Positions 49,661 through 60,500 of a stretch of 64,000 nucleotides of DNA are shown here, in pieces. The notes below the pieces were generated by a model. The model had not been told where the DNA came from, did not search any database, and saw only the letters and a program-made list of their open reading frames with translations. Position 1 is the first letter of the stretch. Each line of letters starts with the position of its first letter. Both the position numbers and the translations under genes were made by a program. The stretch is from contig DASSXV010000007.1 in the NCBI GenBank assembly GCA_035703635.1, forward strand, positions 1 to 64,000, in the 5' to 3' direction. The stretch is from Trueperaceae bacterium (GTDB lineage Bacteria; Deinococcota; Deinococci; Deinococcales; Trueperaceae).

Positions 49661-49806
49661 TAGCGCAAGCCCAGCCTGAAGCAGGCTGGTGACGAGGTGG
49701 AGGGCCTCCGCGGCCGAGAACGGCAGGCGGAGGGCAGGCTAGGAGTTCACGCGAACCCAGCCGAAAACGCGAGCGGTGACCGACGACGGTCACGCAAGTC
49801 TGCGGG
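49661..49806 (+). ncRNA. glmS riboswitch-ribozyme-like element (divergent)
   Basis: AGCGC 5' motif, P1-like stem CCAGCCTG/CAGGCTGG, then TGACGAGG-TGGAGG; downstream GGCT..CAGCCG and a GTGACCG/CGGTCAC stem; upstream of glmS. Confidence 0.55.
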
Positions 49807-49976
49807 CCCCTCCTGAGCAAGTCCCCTCACTCGAGCCCGTCCGGGACGCACAGCACGAGTTGCACGGCCACCAACTTGGCCTCCCCGGCCCGCTTGGCGG
49901 CCAGCGGAAACCGCGGCGCACGCGCACGTTCACGCGTGGGGCGCCCTCCCTCTCGTAGCTCTGAAAGGAGCGGCAG

Positions 49977-51809
49977 ATGTGTGGCATCGTTGGGTATGTG
50001 GGCGGCCGTGAAGCCGCAGGAGTGATCATCGACGGACTGGCGCGCCTCGAGTACCGCGGGTACGACTCAGCAGGCTTGGCGGTAAAGGGGCATGGCGGTC
50101 CTGCACCGCTGCAGGCGGTCAAGCGTGCTGGCAAGCTGAGCGTGCTGCGCGAGGCGCTAGGCGCAAGCATGCCGACCGGCAGCCTTGGCGTTGGGCACAC
50201 GCGCTGGGCCACGCACGGGCGCCCTAACGACGTCAACGCCCACCCGCACCTCTCTGAAGACGGCCGGCTGGCGGTCATCCATAACGGCATCATCGAGAAC
50301 TACGTGGCCCTGAGGGCGGAGCTGGCGGAGCGCGGCCACGTGTTCGCGTCGGAGACGGACACGGAGGTGCTCGTGCACCTCATTGAGGAAGCTTACGCGA
50401 CGTCGAACGGTAACTTAGGCGACGCCGTGCGAGCGGCGCTAGGCCGCGTGCGCGGCGCTTACGCACTGGTTGTCGCGCACTCGGACCACGACGTGCTCGT
50501 TGCCGCCCGCAACACCAGCCCCCTCGTCATCGGACTCGGCGCCGACGAGACCTACCTCGCTTCGGACGTGCCTGCCCTGCTGCCGTACACGCGCGACGTC
50601 ATCTACCTCTTCGACGGCGACGTTGCCGAGCTGAGCCGCAGCGGCGTGAGCATCACGGACCTGGCGGGCAACGCCGTGAGCCGCGAGGTCAGCCGCGTCG
50701 AGTGGGACGCGGAGGCCGCCGAGAAGGGCGGCTTCGAGCACTACATGCTCAAGGAGATCTACGAGCAGCCCACCGTGCTGCAGAACACGCTCTTCGGGCG
50801 CTTCAAGGGCAACGACGCCGACGTCGACCTCGACCTCGGCCTGGACCCAACCGCCATCGACCGCGTCGTCATCACGGCCGCTGGCACCGCCTCGTTCGCT
50901 GGCGAGGTCGGCGCCACCCTCATGCGGCGCCTAGCGCGTATCGACGCCAGGGTCGAGGTGGCATCCGAGTTCCGCTACTCAGAGCCCGTCGTGAACGGCC
51001 GCACGCTGTGCGTCGTCGTCTCGCAGTCTGGTGAGACCATCGACACCCTCGAGGCCATGCGCGAGGCGAAACGCCGCGGTGCGCACACCCTCGCCATCCT
51101 CAACGTCAAGGGCTCGAGCATCAGCCGCGAAGCGGACGACGTGCTATACATCCACGCCGGGCCGGAGATCGGCGTGGCGAGCACGAAGGCGTTCCTCGGC
51201 ATGGTGGCGGCCTTCGCGCTTCTCGCACTGTGGCTTGGGCGGGCGCGACAACAAGTCGACGACGAGAGCGCCCGCGAGTTCGTGCACGCATTGCGCGCCC
51301 TGCCTGGGCAGGTCGAGCACGTCCTGGGCGAGCGCGACGTCGTGCGCGCCATGACCGAACAGGTCGTCGGCGCCCGCAGCGCCCTTTACCTCGGCCGCGG
51401 CGTGAACGTGGCCACCGCCATGGAGGGCGCCCTCAAACTGAAGGAGATCTCGTACATTCACGCTGAGGCCTACCCGACGGGCGAGATGAAGCACGGCCCG
51501 ATCGCCTTGGTCGACGAGAACCTGCCGGTAGTGGCGATAGCTACGCACTCAGCGCTGTACGACAAGACGGTTTCGAACCTGCAGGAAGTGAAGGCGCGCG
51601 ACGGGCGCCTCATCGTGGTGGCGGACGAGGACGACGAGCTGATCGGCCAGCACACGCCGCACGTGCTGCGCGTGCCGCGCACGCTCGAGCTCCTCTCGCC
51701 CATCCTCAACTCCGTGCCGCTGCAGTTGCTGGCGTACGAGGTGGCGTGCAAGCTTGGCCGCGACGTCGATCAGCCGCGCAACCTAGCGAAGAGCGTCACC
51801 GTGGAGTAA
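49977..51809 (+). CDS. glmS: Glutamine-fructose-6-phosphate aminotransferase (isomerizing)
   Basis: MCGIVG, LEYRGYDSAG, GHTRWATHG, SQSGET, PRNLAKSVTVE. Confidence 0.98.
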   Translation: MCGIVGYVGGREAAGVIIDGLARLEYRGYDSAGLAVKGHGGPAPLQAVKRAGKLSVLREALGASMPTGSLGVGHTRWATHGRPNDVNAHPHLSEDGRLAVIHNGIIENYVALRAELAERGHVFASETDTEVLVHLIEEAYATSNGNLGDAVRAALGRVRGAYALVVAHSDHDVLVAARNTSPLVIGLGADETYLASDVPALLPYTRDVIYLFDGDVAELSRSGVSITDLAGNAVSREVSRVEWDAEAAEKGGFEHYMLKEIYEQPTVLQNTLFGRFKGNDADVDLDLGLDPTAIDRVVITAAGTASFAGEVGATLMRRLARIDARVEVASEFRYSEPVVNGRTLCVVVSQSGETIDTLEAMREAKRRGAHTLAILNVKGSSISREADDVLYIHAGPEIGVASTKAFLGMVAAFALLALWLGRARQQVDDESAREFVHALRALPGQVEHVLGERDVVRAMTEQVVGARSALYLGRGVNVATAMEGALKLKEISYIHAEAYPTGEMKHGPIALVDENLPVVAIATHSALYDKTVSNLQEVKARDGRLIVVADEDDELIGQHTPHVLRVPRTLELLSPILNSVPLQLLAYEVACKLGRDVDQPRNLAKSVTVE

Positions 51810-51896
51810 GCGGAACGCGGCGCGTCGATCGAGGTTGTGCGCTTGGCTCTTGGGTTCGCCTCGTGACCGAATATCATTGGACGCGAGGCGAAGCTT

Positions 51897-52073
51897 GTGA
51901 AGAACATCGAGGACATCCGTCACTCGGTAATGCGGCACGTGGACGAGTGCGACAACCCGACGTTGCTCGTTGAGATCGACCGCATGCTGGTAGGAGACGC
52001 GCAGGAGGAGTCGCTGCTCGTCTTAGACGACGAGGACATCCGCGCGCTGCTGCGCGAACTCCTCAACGAGTAG
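51897..52073 (+). CDS. Small acidic helical hypothetical protein (58 aa, absent from the ORF track)
   Basis: GTG start: MKNIEDIRHSVMRHVDECDNPTLLVEIDRMLVGDAQEESLLVLDDEDIRALLRELLNE*; TATCAT and GAGG upstream; host-like codon usage. Confidence 0.65.
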   Translation: MKNIEDIRHSVMRHVDECDNPTLLVEIDRMLVGDAQEESLLVLDDEDIRALLRELLNE

Positions 52074-52098
52074 CGCTCCCGGCGCCGCCTGCGCCGCG

Positions 52099-52884
52099 CT
52101 AGAGGTAGCCAGCTGCTCTCAGGATGAGGTAGACACCGACGGCGGCCGCGCCCCACAGGATGTACTTCAGGAACTTTCCGCCAGACTGACCGGTCCATTT
52201 GCCTAGGCTCTCGCGCGCCATGCTCGCCTCTTGCTTCTGTTGCGTGCGTTGCGCGCGCCGCAGCGACTTGACGCTGCGGTTGAGGTGCCCCTTGCGGCGA
52301 TAAGCCACGCCGAGGTTGTGGTGGGCGTTGGAGAACTCCTCGTTGAGCTTGAGCGCCGCTTGGTAGTTCTCGATGGCGTCGTCAACGCGGCCCTGCTCCA
52401 ACGCCACGTTGCCAAGGTTGGTGAGCGCGCGGTAGTGCTTCGGGTCGATGGCGACCGCCGCCTCGAAGTTGGCCTTGGCGGCGTCTAGGTTCGAGTCGTA
52501 GATCTGCACCGTGCCCAACTGCGTGAGGTGCTCGGCGGGGAACCAGTTGGTCTCTGGCAGGCCCTTCAGGACTGCCGCGGCCGCGTCTGGGTCGCGCTTG
52601 TCGAGCTGGGCCGCGCTTGCCTGCAGCACCTTGAGCTGCTCCTCGAGTTCTGCCCACGGCACCAAGTCGACCGGGTTCTCGAGGCGTGTCAGGCGGTCTA
52701 TCGCCTTCGCGAACGAGCGCTCGTGCACGAGCTCCTCGACGTCTGCCAGGGCGGCGAGCGCCGCTTTCGTGCCTTGCTCGTCTCCGCCGGTGATCAGGAA
52801 CGCCTGGCGGGCGGCCACGAAGCGCCGCTGCTGCAACAACTCGCGCCAATCTGGCGCGGACGGGGGTTGGGTGTCGGCTGTCAC
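52099..52884 (-). CDS. Tetratricopeptide-repeat protein with C-terminal membrane anchor
   Basis: ALTNLGNVALEQG..DDAIENYQAALKL...AHHNLGVAYRRKG; GTGA overlap with the glgA stop; hydrophobic C-terminus. Confidence 0.85.
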   Translation of the reverse strand: MTADTQPPSAPDWRELLQQRRFVAARQAFLITGGDEQGTKAALAALADVEELVHERSFAKAIDRLTRLENPVDLVPWAELEEQLKVLQASAAQLDKRDPDAAAAVLKGLPETNWFPAEHLTQLGTVQIYDSNLDAAKANFEAAVAIDPKHYRALTNLGNVALEQGRVDDAIENYQAALKLNEEFSNAHHNLGVAYRRKGHLNRSVKSLRRAQRTQQKQEASMARESLGKWTGQSGGKFLKYILWGAAAVGVYLILRAAGYL

Positions 52885-54281
52885 GTCAAAGACCGTAGCA
52901 CGCTGTCGTACAGCTCGGAATAGGCCGTCGCGGACGCGTGCCAGGAGTGGTCGGCCGCCATGCCTGCAGCCTGCATGGCGCGCCACCGGGCCGTGCCGAA
53001 CGTCGCCAACGCTTGCGCGGCCGCGCCGAGCAGGTCTGGCGTGGTCGGGCGCTCGAAGGTGAAGCCCGTCTTGCCATGCTGCACGGTGTCCTTCAACCCA
53101 CCGGTGGCGTGGACTAGCGGCAAGGTGCCGTAGCGCATGGCGATCATCTGCGCCAGGCCGCACGGCTCGAAGCGGCTAGGGACGGCGAGGGCGTCGGCGC
53201 CAGCGTAGATGAGGTGAGCGAGGGCCTCGTCGTACGCCAGCGTGGCGCCAACTCTTCCAGGGTGCTCGCTCGCGAGGCGCGCCACCTCACGCTCCAGGGA
53301 CGCTTCGCCCGCGCCGAGCACGACGAGCGACCAGCCGTTGGCCAGCAGCTCCGGCGCGCCAGCTATGAGGAGGTCGATGCCCTTCTGCTCTGCCAGGCGG
53401 GAAACCACCGCCAGTAGTGGGCGCTCATGCGTAAGGCCGTAGCGCGCTAACAAAGCAGCACGGGAAGCGGCCTTACCGGCGAGGTCGGCAGCCGAGTATG
53501 GGGCAGGAAGCGCGGGGTCGGTTGCGGGGTCCCAGACCGTGGTGTCGATGCCGTTCAGGATGCCGGTGAGCTTGTGCGTCAACGCACGGAAAGTGCCGTC
53601 GAGCGTGAAGCCGTACTCCGGCGTCTGCAGCTCCTTGGCGTACGTCGGGCTCACGGTGGTCACCTGCGTAGCGAAGCCGACGCCCGCCTGCATGGCGTTG
53701 GCCCTGCCGAAGTGATCGAGGAACGAGCCCGTGAGGTCGGTGCCGATGCGCAGCCAGTCGACGGTCTCACCAAGGTCGGACTCGCCCTGGTACTGCACGT
53801 TGTGCACGGTGAACACGCTGCGTAAGGCGGGGAAACCCTTCGGTAGGTGCCAACCGCGTTTGAGGATCATCGGCAGGTAGCCAGTGTGCCAGTCGTGAGC
53901 ATGCACGAGGTCGGGGGTGAAGCCAAGGCGCGCCGCCACTTGTGGCACCGCGCGGGAGAAGCGCGCGAAGCGCCGCGCGTCGTCCGGGTAGCCGTAGAGC
54001 TGCGGGCGGCGGTAGTCCTCATGCCCAACGAAGGCGTAACGCACGCCGTCCTGCTCTAAGGTGCCAACCCCCACGTCCTCGAAGCCGCCGCTGAAGGGCG
54101 CTGGCACGTCGCCAACCCAGTAGGGGGCTACGTTGCCGCCGAGCTTCGCGTACCAGGGTGTTACGACGAGCACCTCGTGGCCGAGGCGCGCTAACGCCTG
54201 CGGCAGCGCCCCAGCGACGTCGGCTAGCCCGCCGGTCTTACTGAACGGCACGACCTCCGCGGCAGGGAACAGGACTCTCAC
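52881..54281 (-). CDS. glgA: Glycogen synthase
   Basis: KTGGLADV, HAHDWHT, TVSPTYA, GILNGID, PSRFEPCGLAQMIAMRYG. Confidence 0.97.
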   Translation of the reverse strand: MRVLFPAAEVVPFSKTGGLADVAGALPQALARLGHEVLVVTPWYAKLGGNVAPYWVGDVPAPFSGGFEDVGVGTLEQDGVRYAFVGHEDYRRPQLYGYPDDARRFARFSRAVPQVAARLGFTPDLVHAHDWHTGYLPMILKRGWHLPKGFPALRSVFTVHNVQYQGESDLGETVDWLRIGTDLTGSFLDHFGRANAMQAGVGFATQVTTVSPTYAKELQTPEYGFTLDGTFRALTHKLTGILNGIDTTVWDPATDPALPAPYSAADLAGKAASRAALLARYGLTHERPLLAVVSRLAEQKGIDLLIAGAPELLANGWSLVVLGAGEASLEREVARLASEHPGRVGATLAYDEALAHLIYAGADALAVPSRFEPCGLAQMIAMRYGTLPLVHATGGLKDTVQHGKTGFTFERPTTPDLLGAAAQALATFGTARWRAMQAAGMAADHSWHASATAYSELYDSVLRSLT

Positions 54282-54293
54282 CAGCCCAGCTTA
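54282..54293 (-). promoter_or_regulatory. -10 box of leaderless glgA
   Basis: TAAGCT-GGGCTG-GTG on the minus strand. Confidence 0.65.
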
Positions 54294-54401
54294 GCCGCCG
54301 CTGGCCCGAGGTGAAAGCCAGCCCGATGTAACGCGCGCTTTGGCTCTCATGAAGCGTACGTATACTCTAGGACGCATGCTTGATTGCTCAACGGAGGCTT
54401 C

Positions 54402-55742
54402 ATGAAGCGCAGATGGTACATCGCCGGTCTGGTGGCCCTGGTCGCTGGCACAATGTTCGTCAACGCCCAGCTCTCACGAGACTACGCTGGCGAGTTCTTA
54501 AACAACCCAACCGGACGCGCGCTGATCCAGGCGTTCGGTGCTCTAAAGAGCGGCTATCTGACCGACGTGGACGACGACAAGCTCATCGAGGGTGCGATCA
54601 CGGGCATGCTCGCTTCGCTGGACGACCCGTACACGAGCTACCTGCTGCCAACCGAGGCGGCGCGCGACAACCAGGACCTAACTGGTTCGTTCGAGGGCAT
54701 CGGGGCGGTGCTAACTCCGCACGACCGCCAGTCAGGCAAGGGCGTCGAGATCCTCACCGTCTACGCTGGCGGTCCGGCGTCCAAGGCTGGCCTGCAGCGC
54801 GGTGACATCTTCGTGAGCGTCGACGGCACGGACGTCGCAGCCATGACGACCTCGGAAGTCGCCGACCTGGTGAGGGGTCCGAAAGGCACGACCGTCAACC
54901 TGGTTATGAACCGCCCTGGTCAGGCCGAGCCGGTCACCTTCGCCATCCAGCGCGGCACCATTCAGATCATCGACGTGTCGAGCGCCATGTTGCCGAACGA
55001 CGTCGGCTACTTGGCTCTCACGTCGTTCAACAACCAGCGCCTCCACGACCAGATGGTCGAGCACCTCGACAAGCTCATCCAGCAGGGCGCCACCTCGCTT
55101 GTCCTCGACTTGCGCGACAACTCCGGCGGCTTGCTCAACCAGGCCATCCTCATCGCAGACGACTTCCTCAGCGGCGGCGACATCGTGTTCCAACGCTCGC
55201 GCGGCGTCACGCAGCGCATCGCGTCAGCGGACCCGAAGGCCTACGACCTGCCGATGGTCGTTCTAGTCAACGAGAACTCCGCTTCGGCTTCCGAGATCGT
55301 GGCTGGCGCTCTCCAGGAGAACCACCGCGCGCTCGTCGTAGGCGAGCAGACCTTCGGCAAGGGCGTCGCGCAGTCGGTGCTGTCGCTCTCCGACGGCGGC
55401 CAGCTGCGCTACGTGTCGTTCGAGTGGCTGACGCCCGATCGCCGCTCCATCGCCGAGAAGGGCATCACGCCGGACGTCAAGGCGCCGGACACGCGCTTCC
55501 CGCGCACCATCGCGGCAGAAGGCCAGGGCCTGCGCGAGGGGCAGACCGTCGCACTCATGGTCGACGGCGAGGTCATCGGTCAAGCCGTAGCTGGTGAGGA
55601 CGGCAAGTTCAACATCCTCGCCCTTGGGGGCCAGCGCGAGATCAGCGAAGTACAGGGCGAGGCCATCGTCCACCTCGATACAGACACGGCACTGCAGACC
55701 GCCGTCGCCACGCTCGAGGAGTCGCTGAAGACCGCCAACTAA
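54402..55742 (+). CDS. ctpA: Carboxyl-terminal processing protease (S41A, PDZ)
   Basis: LDDPYTSY, FEGIGA, LDLRDNSGG, SASASEIVAGALQ, TFGKG; TATACT at 54361 and SD GGAGG. Confidence 0.93.
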   Translation: MKRRWYIAGLVALVAGTMFVNAQLSRDYAGEFLNNPTGRALIQAFGALKSGYLTDVDDDKLIEGAITGMLASLDDPYTSYLLPTEAARDNQDLTGSFEGIGAVLTPHDRQSGKGVEILTVYAGGPASKAGLQRGDIFVSVDGTDVAAMTTSEVADLVRGPKGTTVNLVMNRPGQAEPVTFAIQRGTIQIIDVSSAMLPNDVGYLALTSFNNQRLHDQMVEHLDKLIQQGATSLVLDLRDNSGGLLNQAILIADDFLSGGDIVFQRSRGVTQRIASADPKAYDLPMVVLVNENSASASEIVAGALQENHRALVVGEQTFGKGVAQSVLSLSDGGQLRYVSFEWLTPDRRSIAEKGITPDVKAPDTRFPRTIAAEGQGLREGQTVALMVDGEVIGQAVAGEDGKFNILALGGQREISEVQGEAIVHLDTDTALQTAVATLEESLKTAN

Positions 55743-55764
55743 CTTCCGCAAGTTGTTGAAGCCA

Positions 55765-55792
55765 GTGGGCCGCGGTTCGTTACGCGGCCCAC
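55765..55792. terminator. Hairpin between convergent ctpA and pckA
   Basis: GTGGGCCGCG-8 nt-CGCGGCCCAC (10-bp perfect stem). Confidence 0.65.
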
Positions 55793-55798
55793 GTTCTG

Positions 55799-57406
<1,608 letters not shown>

Positions 57407-57504
57407 GGCGTAGCCACCTCCGCGGTTGTCGTCGGCACTGGATTCTTATACCAGCCGCGCCGACCAACTCACCGGCCGTCGGCACTCCGTCCGTACACCT
57501 TCCG

Positions 57505-60500
57505 TTACCAGCGCAACGTTACGCCCACTTGGAAGGCGCTGCGGTCCGTGCTTAGCGTCACGCCAGTGTCGAGCCCGAAGGTGGGTCCGAACGAGTAGGA
57601 GAGGGACACGCCCAACTCTGGCCGCGGCGCGTCTGGGACGCCGGCGGCGGGGAAGTCGATGCGGCCGGTGAGGTCGAGGTCGAGCGGACCGAGGCCGTAT
57701 GAGAGGAGGACCTCGTTCGTGACGGAGTAAGTGCGATCAGGCCCGTCGTAAGTGCCGATGCGGTAGCTGGCGAAGAGATCGGGGTTGAGGTAACCGCCTA
57801 GGCGCAACGACACGCCGAACGGTTGCTCGCTGGCGTCGATGAGGCTGGAGAGTGCAGACGTGCGGATCTCGACGACGTCCAGCCCGAGCGCCTCCCTGAT
57901 GGCGTTCGCCAGCTCGCTGACGACTAGTAGGTCGACGGCCGTATCGAGGGCGCCCTGCGCGACGGCCTGGCCCAACCCGCCAGTGCCGATCAGCCCAGCG
58001 TTCAGCTCGAAGCGCCCGAGCGTGATGAGACTGACGAGTTCGGCCTCGGTGAACGAGCGCACGCCGCTGCCAGTGCCGTCACCCTCGACCTCGATGCGTG
58101 CGTCTGACGACACGCGCGGTTGGAGGTCGAAGCGGAAACCTCCCTCGTTAGCTGGCGCCGCTACCATCTGCCCGGTGAAGGCCAGGTTCACGACGAACGT
58201 CTGCCCCTCGCGCGGCACGACGAAGCTAACCCGGTTGTCCGCCGCCACGACGCGCGACTTGTCGAACTCGGCGTGCGCCGCCACGTCGAGGGCGGGGTAG
58301 AGACCGGTGCCTGCTCCCCAGGTGGCTAGGGCGTGGTCGATCGTGTAGTCGCGGCCGGAGAAGCGCAGGTTGCCGCGCAGCGTGCTGGCGGAGCCGACGA
58401 GGCGGGGGGCGGCGGCCGTGCCGCTTAGGACGAGGTCGAGTGCCGCCTCGGCAGAGGCTAGGTTGATGGTGAGCAGCACGCGCTGCGGCGCGCGGATGGC
58501 GAGGTCGGCGAAGCGCACGCCAGCTAGGGCGTTCGTGCCGGGTTCGAGAGCGCTGCTCGCCGCTGGCGCCGGGGCGGCAGGCGGGCGGACGCTTGGGTCG
58601 ACGATGACTTCGCTCGCCGTCAGTGACCCGCCAAGCGCGACGCCGCCGGGTTCCTCGACGAGGGTCAGGTCCGCGTCCACGAGCGCGTTGGCGACCAGCA
58701 ACGGCGTGAACGCCACCGTGAGCCCCTTGCCGCGCGCTTGGAGGTCAAGGGGGAGGAGGCTGCCCGTCACGGTGAGGTCGCCGCTGCCCAGCCGCCCGTT
58801 GGCTGTTAGCGCGAGGTCCCTCGTGCCGTCCTTCGTGATCGCCCCAGTTAGGCCTTCGATGACGCCGACACCCGCCACGTCGGCGCTGCCGTCGAAGTTC
58901 ACTTGTACGCCGTTCAAGCTCACCGGCGCGAGCGAGAGGCGCGCGCCGCCAGAGACGTCGAGCCGCCCGGCGAGGGGCGAGACGCCTCTTACTTGGGCCG
59001 CGACGGTCAGGGCAGTGCCCTCGAGGGTCACCTCGGTCTGCTCGAGCCGGTAGCGGCTGCCCGCCACCTCGAAATCAAGGCCGGGGCTGGAGACGGTGGC
59101 ACTGGGTTGCGCCAAGTCGCCACCGATGTCGATGGTGAGTGAACCGCTGGCCCCAACGCCGAGGCGCGCCAGGGACGGGAAGAGCCCTAGGAGCGGCGTG
59201 AAGTCAGCTTCGGCCGCCTCGAGACGGAAGTCGAGGTCCTCCTCCCGCAACTGCCCCTGCGCCTCCCAACTGCCCAAGCCGACGAACTCGGCGTGCTCGA
59301 CCACGAGGGCGCGGTCGTCGAACGTCAGTGAGAGGTTGCCGACGGTCGGCACCCCGGCGCGCTCCAGGCGCACCTCCTCCGTGGCGAGGCGCAAGTAGCC
59401 TGACCAGACGTCGGTGAGGGGCAGGTCGAAGCGCAGCACGCCCGTCACGTCCGCCGTCACGTCTGAAGGCCCGACCACGGCCTGGGCGACGAACTGCGCG
59501 GGGAAGCGCTCGAATCGCCCTGAGCCGCTGAGGCGGGCGCCTGAGAGGTTGGCGGTGAACGTGCCTCCCTTGACGCGCAAGGTGGCGTCGAGCGATGAGA
59601 GGCTGCCGCTAACGGCCAGTTCCGCGCTCGAGCTTGCGCCACCAGCGGTAACTTCTAGGCTCACCAACTGCCCGAACACGAGCTCGTCACGTAGTTGCAG
59701 TACGCCGGTGATGGAGCCCGATAAGAACGGCGCACGCTCGTGCACGGCGGGGATGAGCGAGACTTCGAGGTTCCTGAGGCGCGCCTCGATGCGCCCACCG
59801 CTAGGCGCGCCGACCGTGAAGGCGGCGGGCAGCAGCCCAGCCAAGCCCCAACTGCCGCTCAGGGTCAGGCGTCCCGCCTCCGAGTCGAGGGTGGCGCTGC
59901 CACCCACCAGACCATCCGCGATGCTCCCCTCGGCGTTGACTTCGATAGCCCCCACTCCTTGAGGTACGAGCCTCAAGCCGTCGACGTGGAGGTTGCCCGT
60001 CAGTTGACCAGCGCGGTGGTCAAGCTCGGCGCGCACTACGCCGCCGCTTAGGTTGAGGTTCACGTCGAGAGAAACGGCGTCTGGCGCCGTTACTGGTTCG
60101 TACTTGCCGAGAACCGTCCCGAGCTCACCTGCGTATGCCAGGCGCCAGACGCCGGCGTCGGCCACCAGCGTCCACGGGAGGGTGTACTCGGTCACTGGGG
60201 AGCTCGCCGCGCCGAGGTCGCCGTTGGCGAGGGGCAGGTCGGTGGCCAAGACCACCTCTCCGGCCAAGTCCGCCGCGTCGAGGCCGACGGTGCCACTCGC
60301 GCGTACGTCGATGCCAGCCAGCGTTGCCCCGAAGTCGTCGAGGGTGACGGTCGGCGCCGGTGCCAGCGTGACGACGCCGCCACCGCGCACCGCGTCTGCG
60401 CCTTCGAAGCGTAAGCCGTTCGTGACCACGTCACTGACCAGCGCCACGAGGTCGGGCGCCGTGAGGGTCGCCACGGCCCTTAGCTGAGGCAGGCCCGTGA

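Noticed and set aside
38146-51842. Shared ATCGAGGTTG[C/T]GC string at 38146 and about 51827 as a possible REP family
   Set aside because: Only two short copies, and the second lacks a matching perfect stem; insufficient evidence
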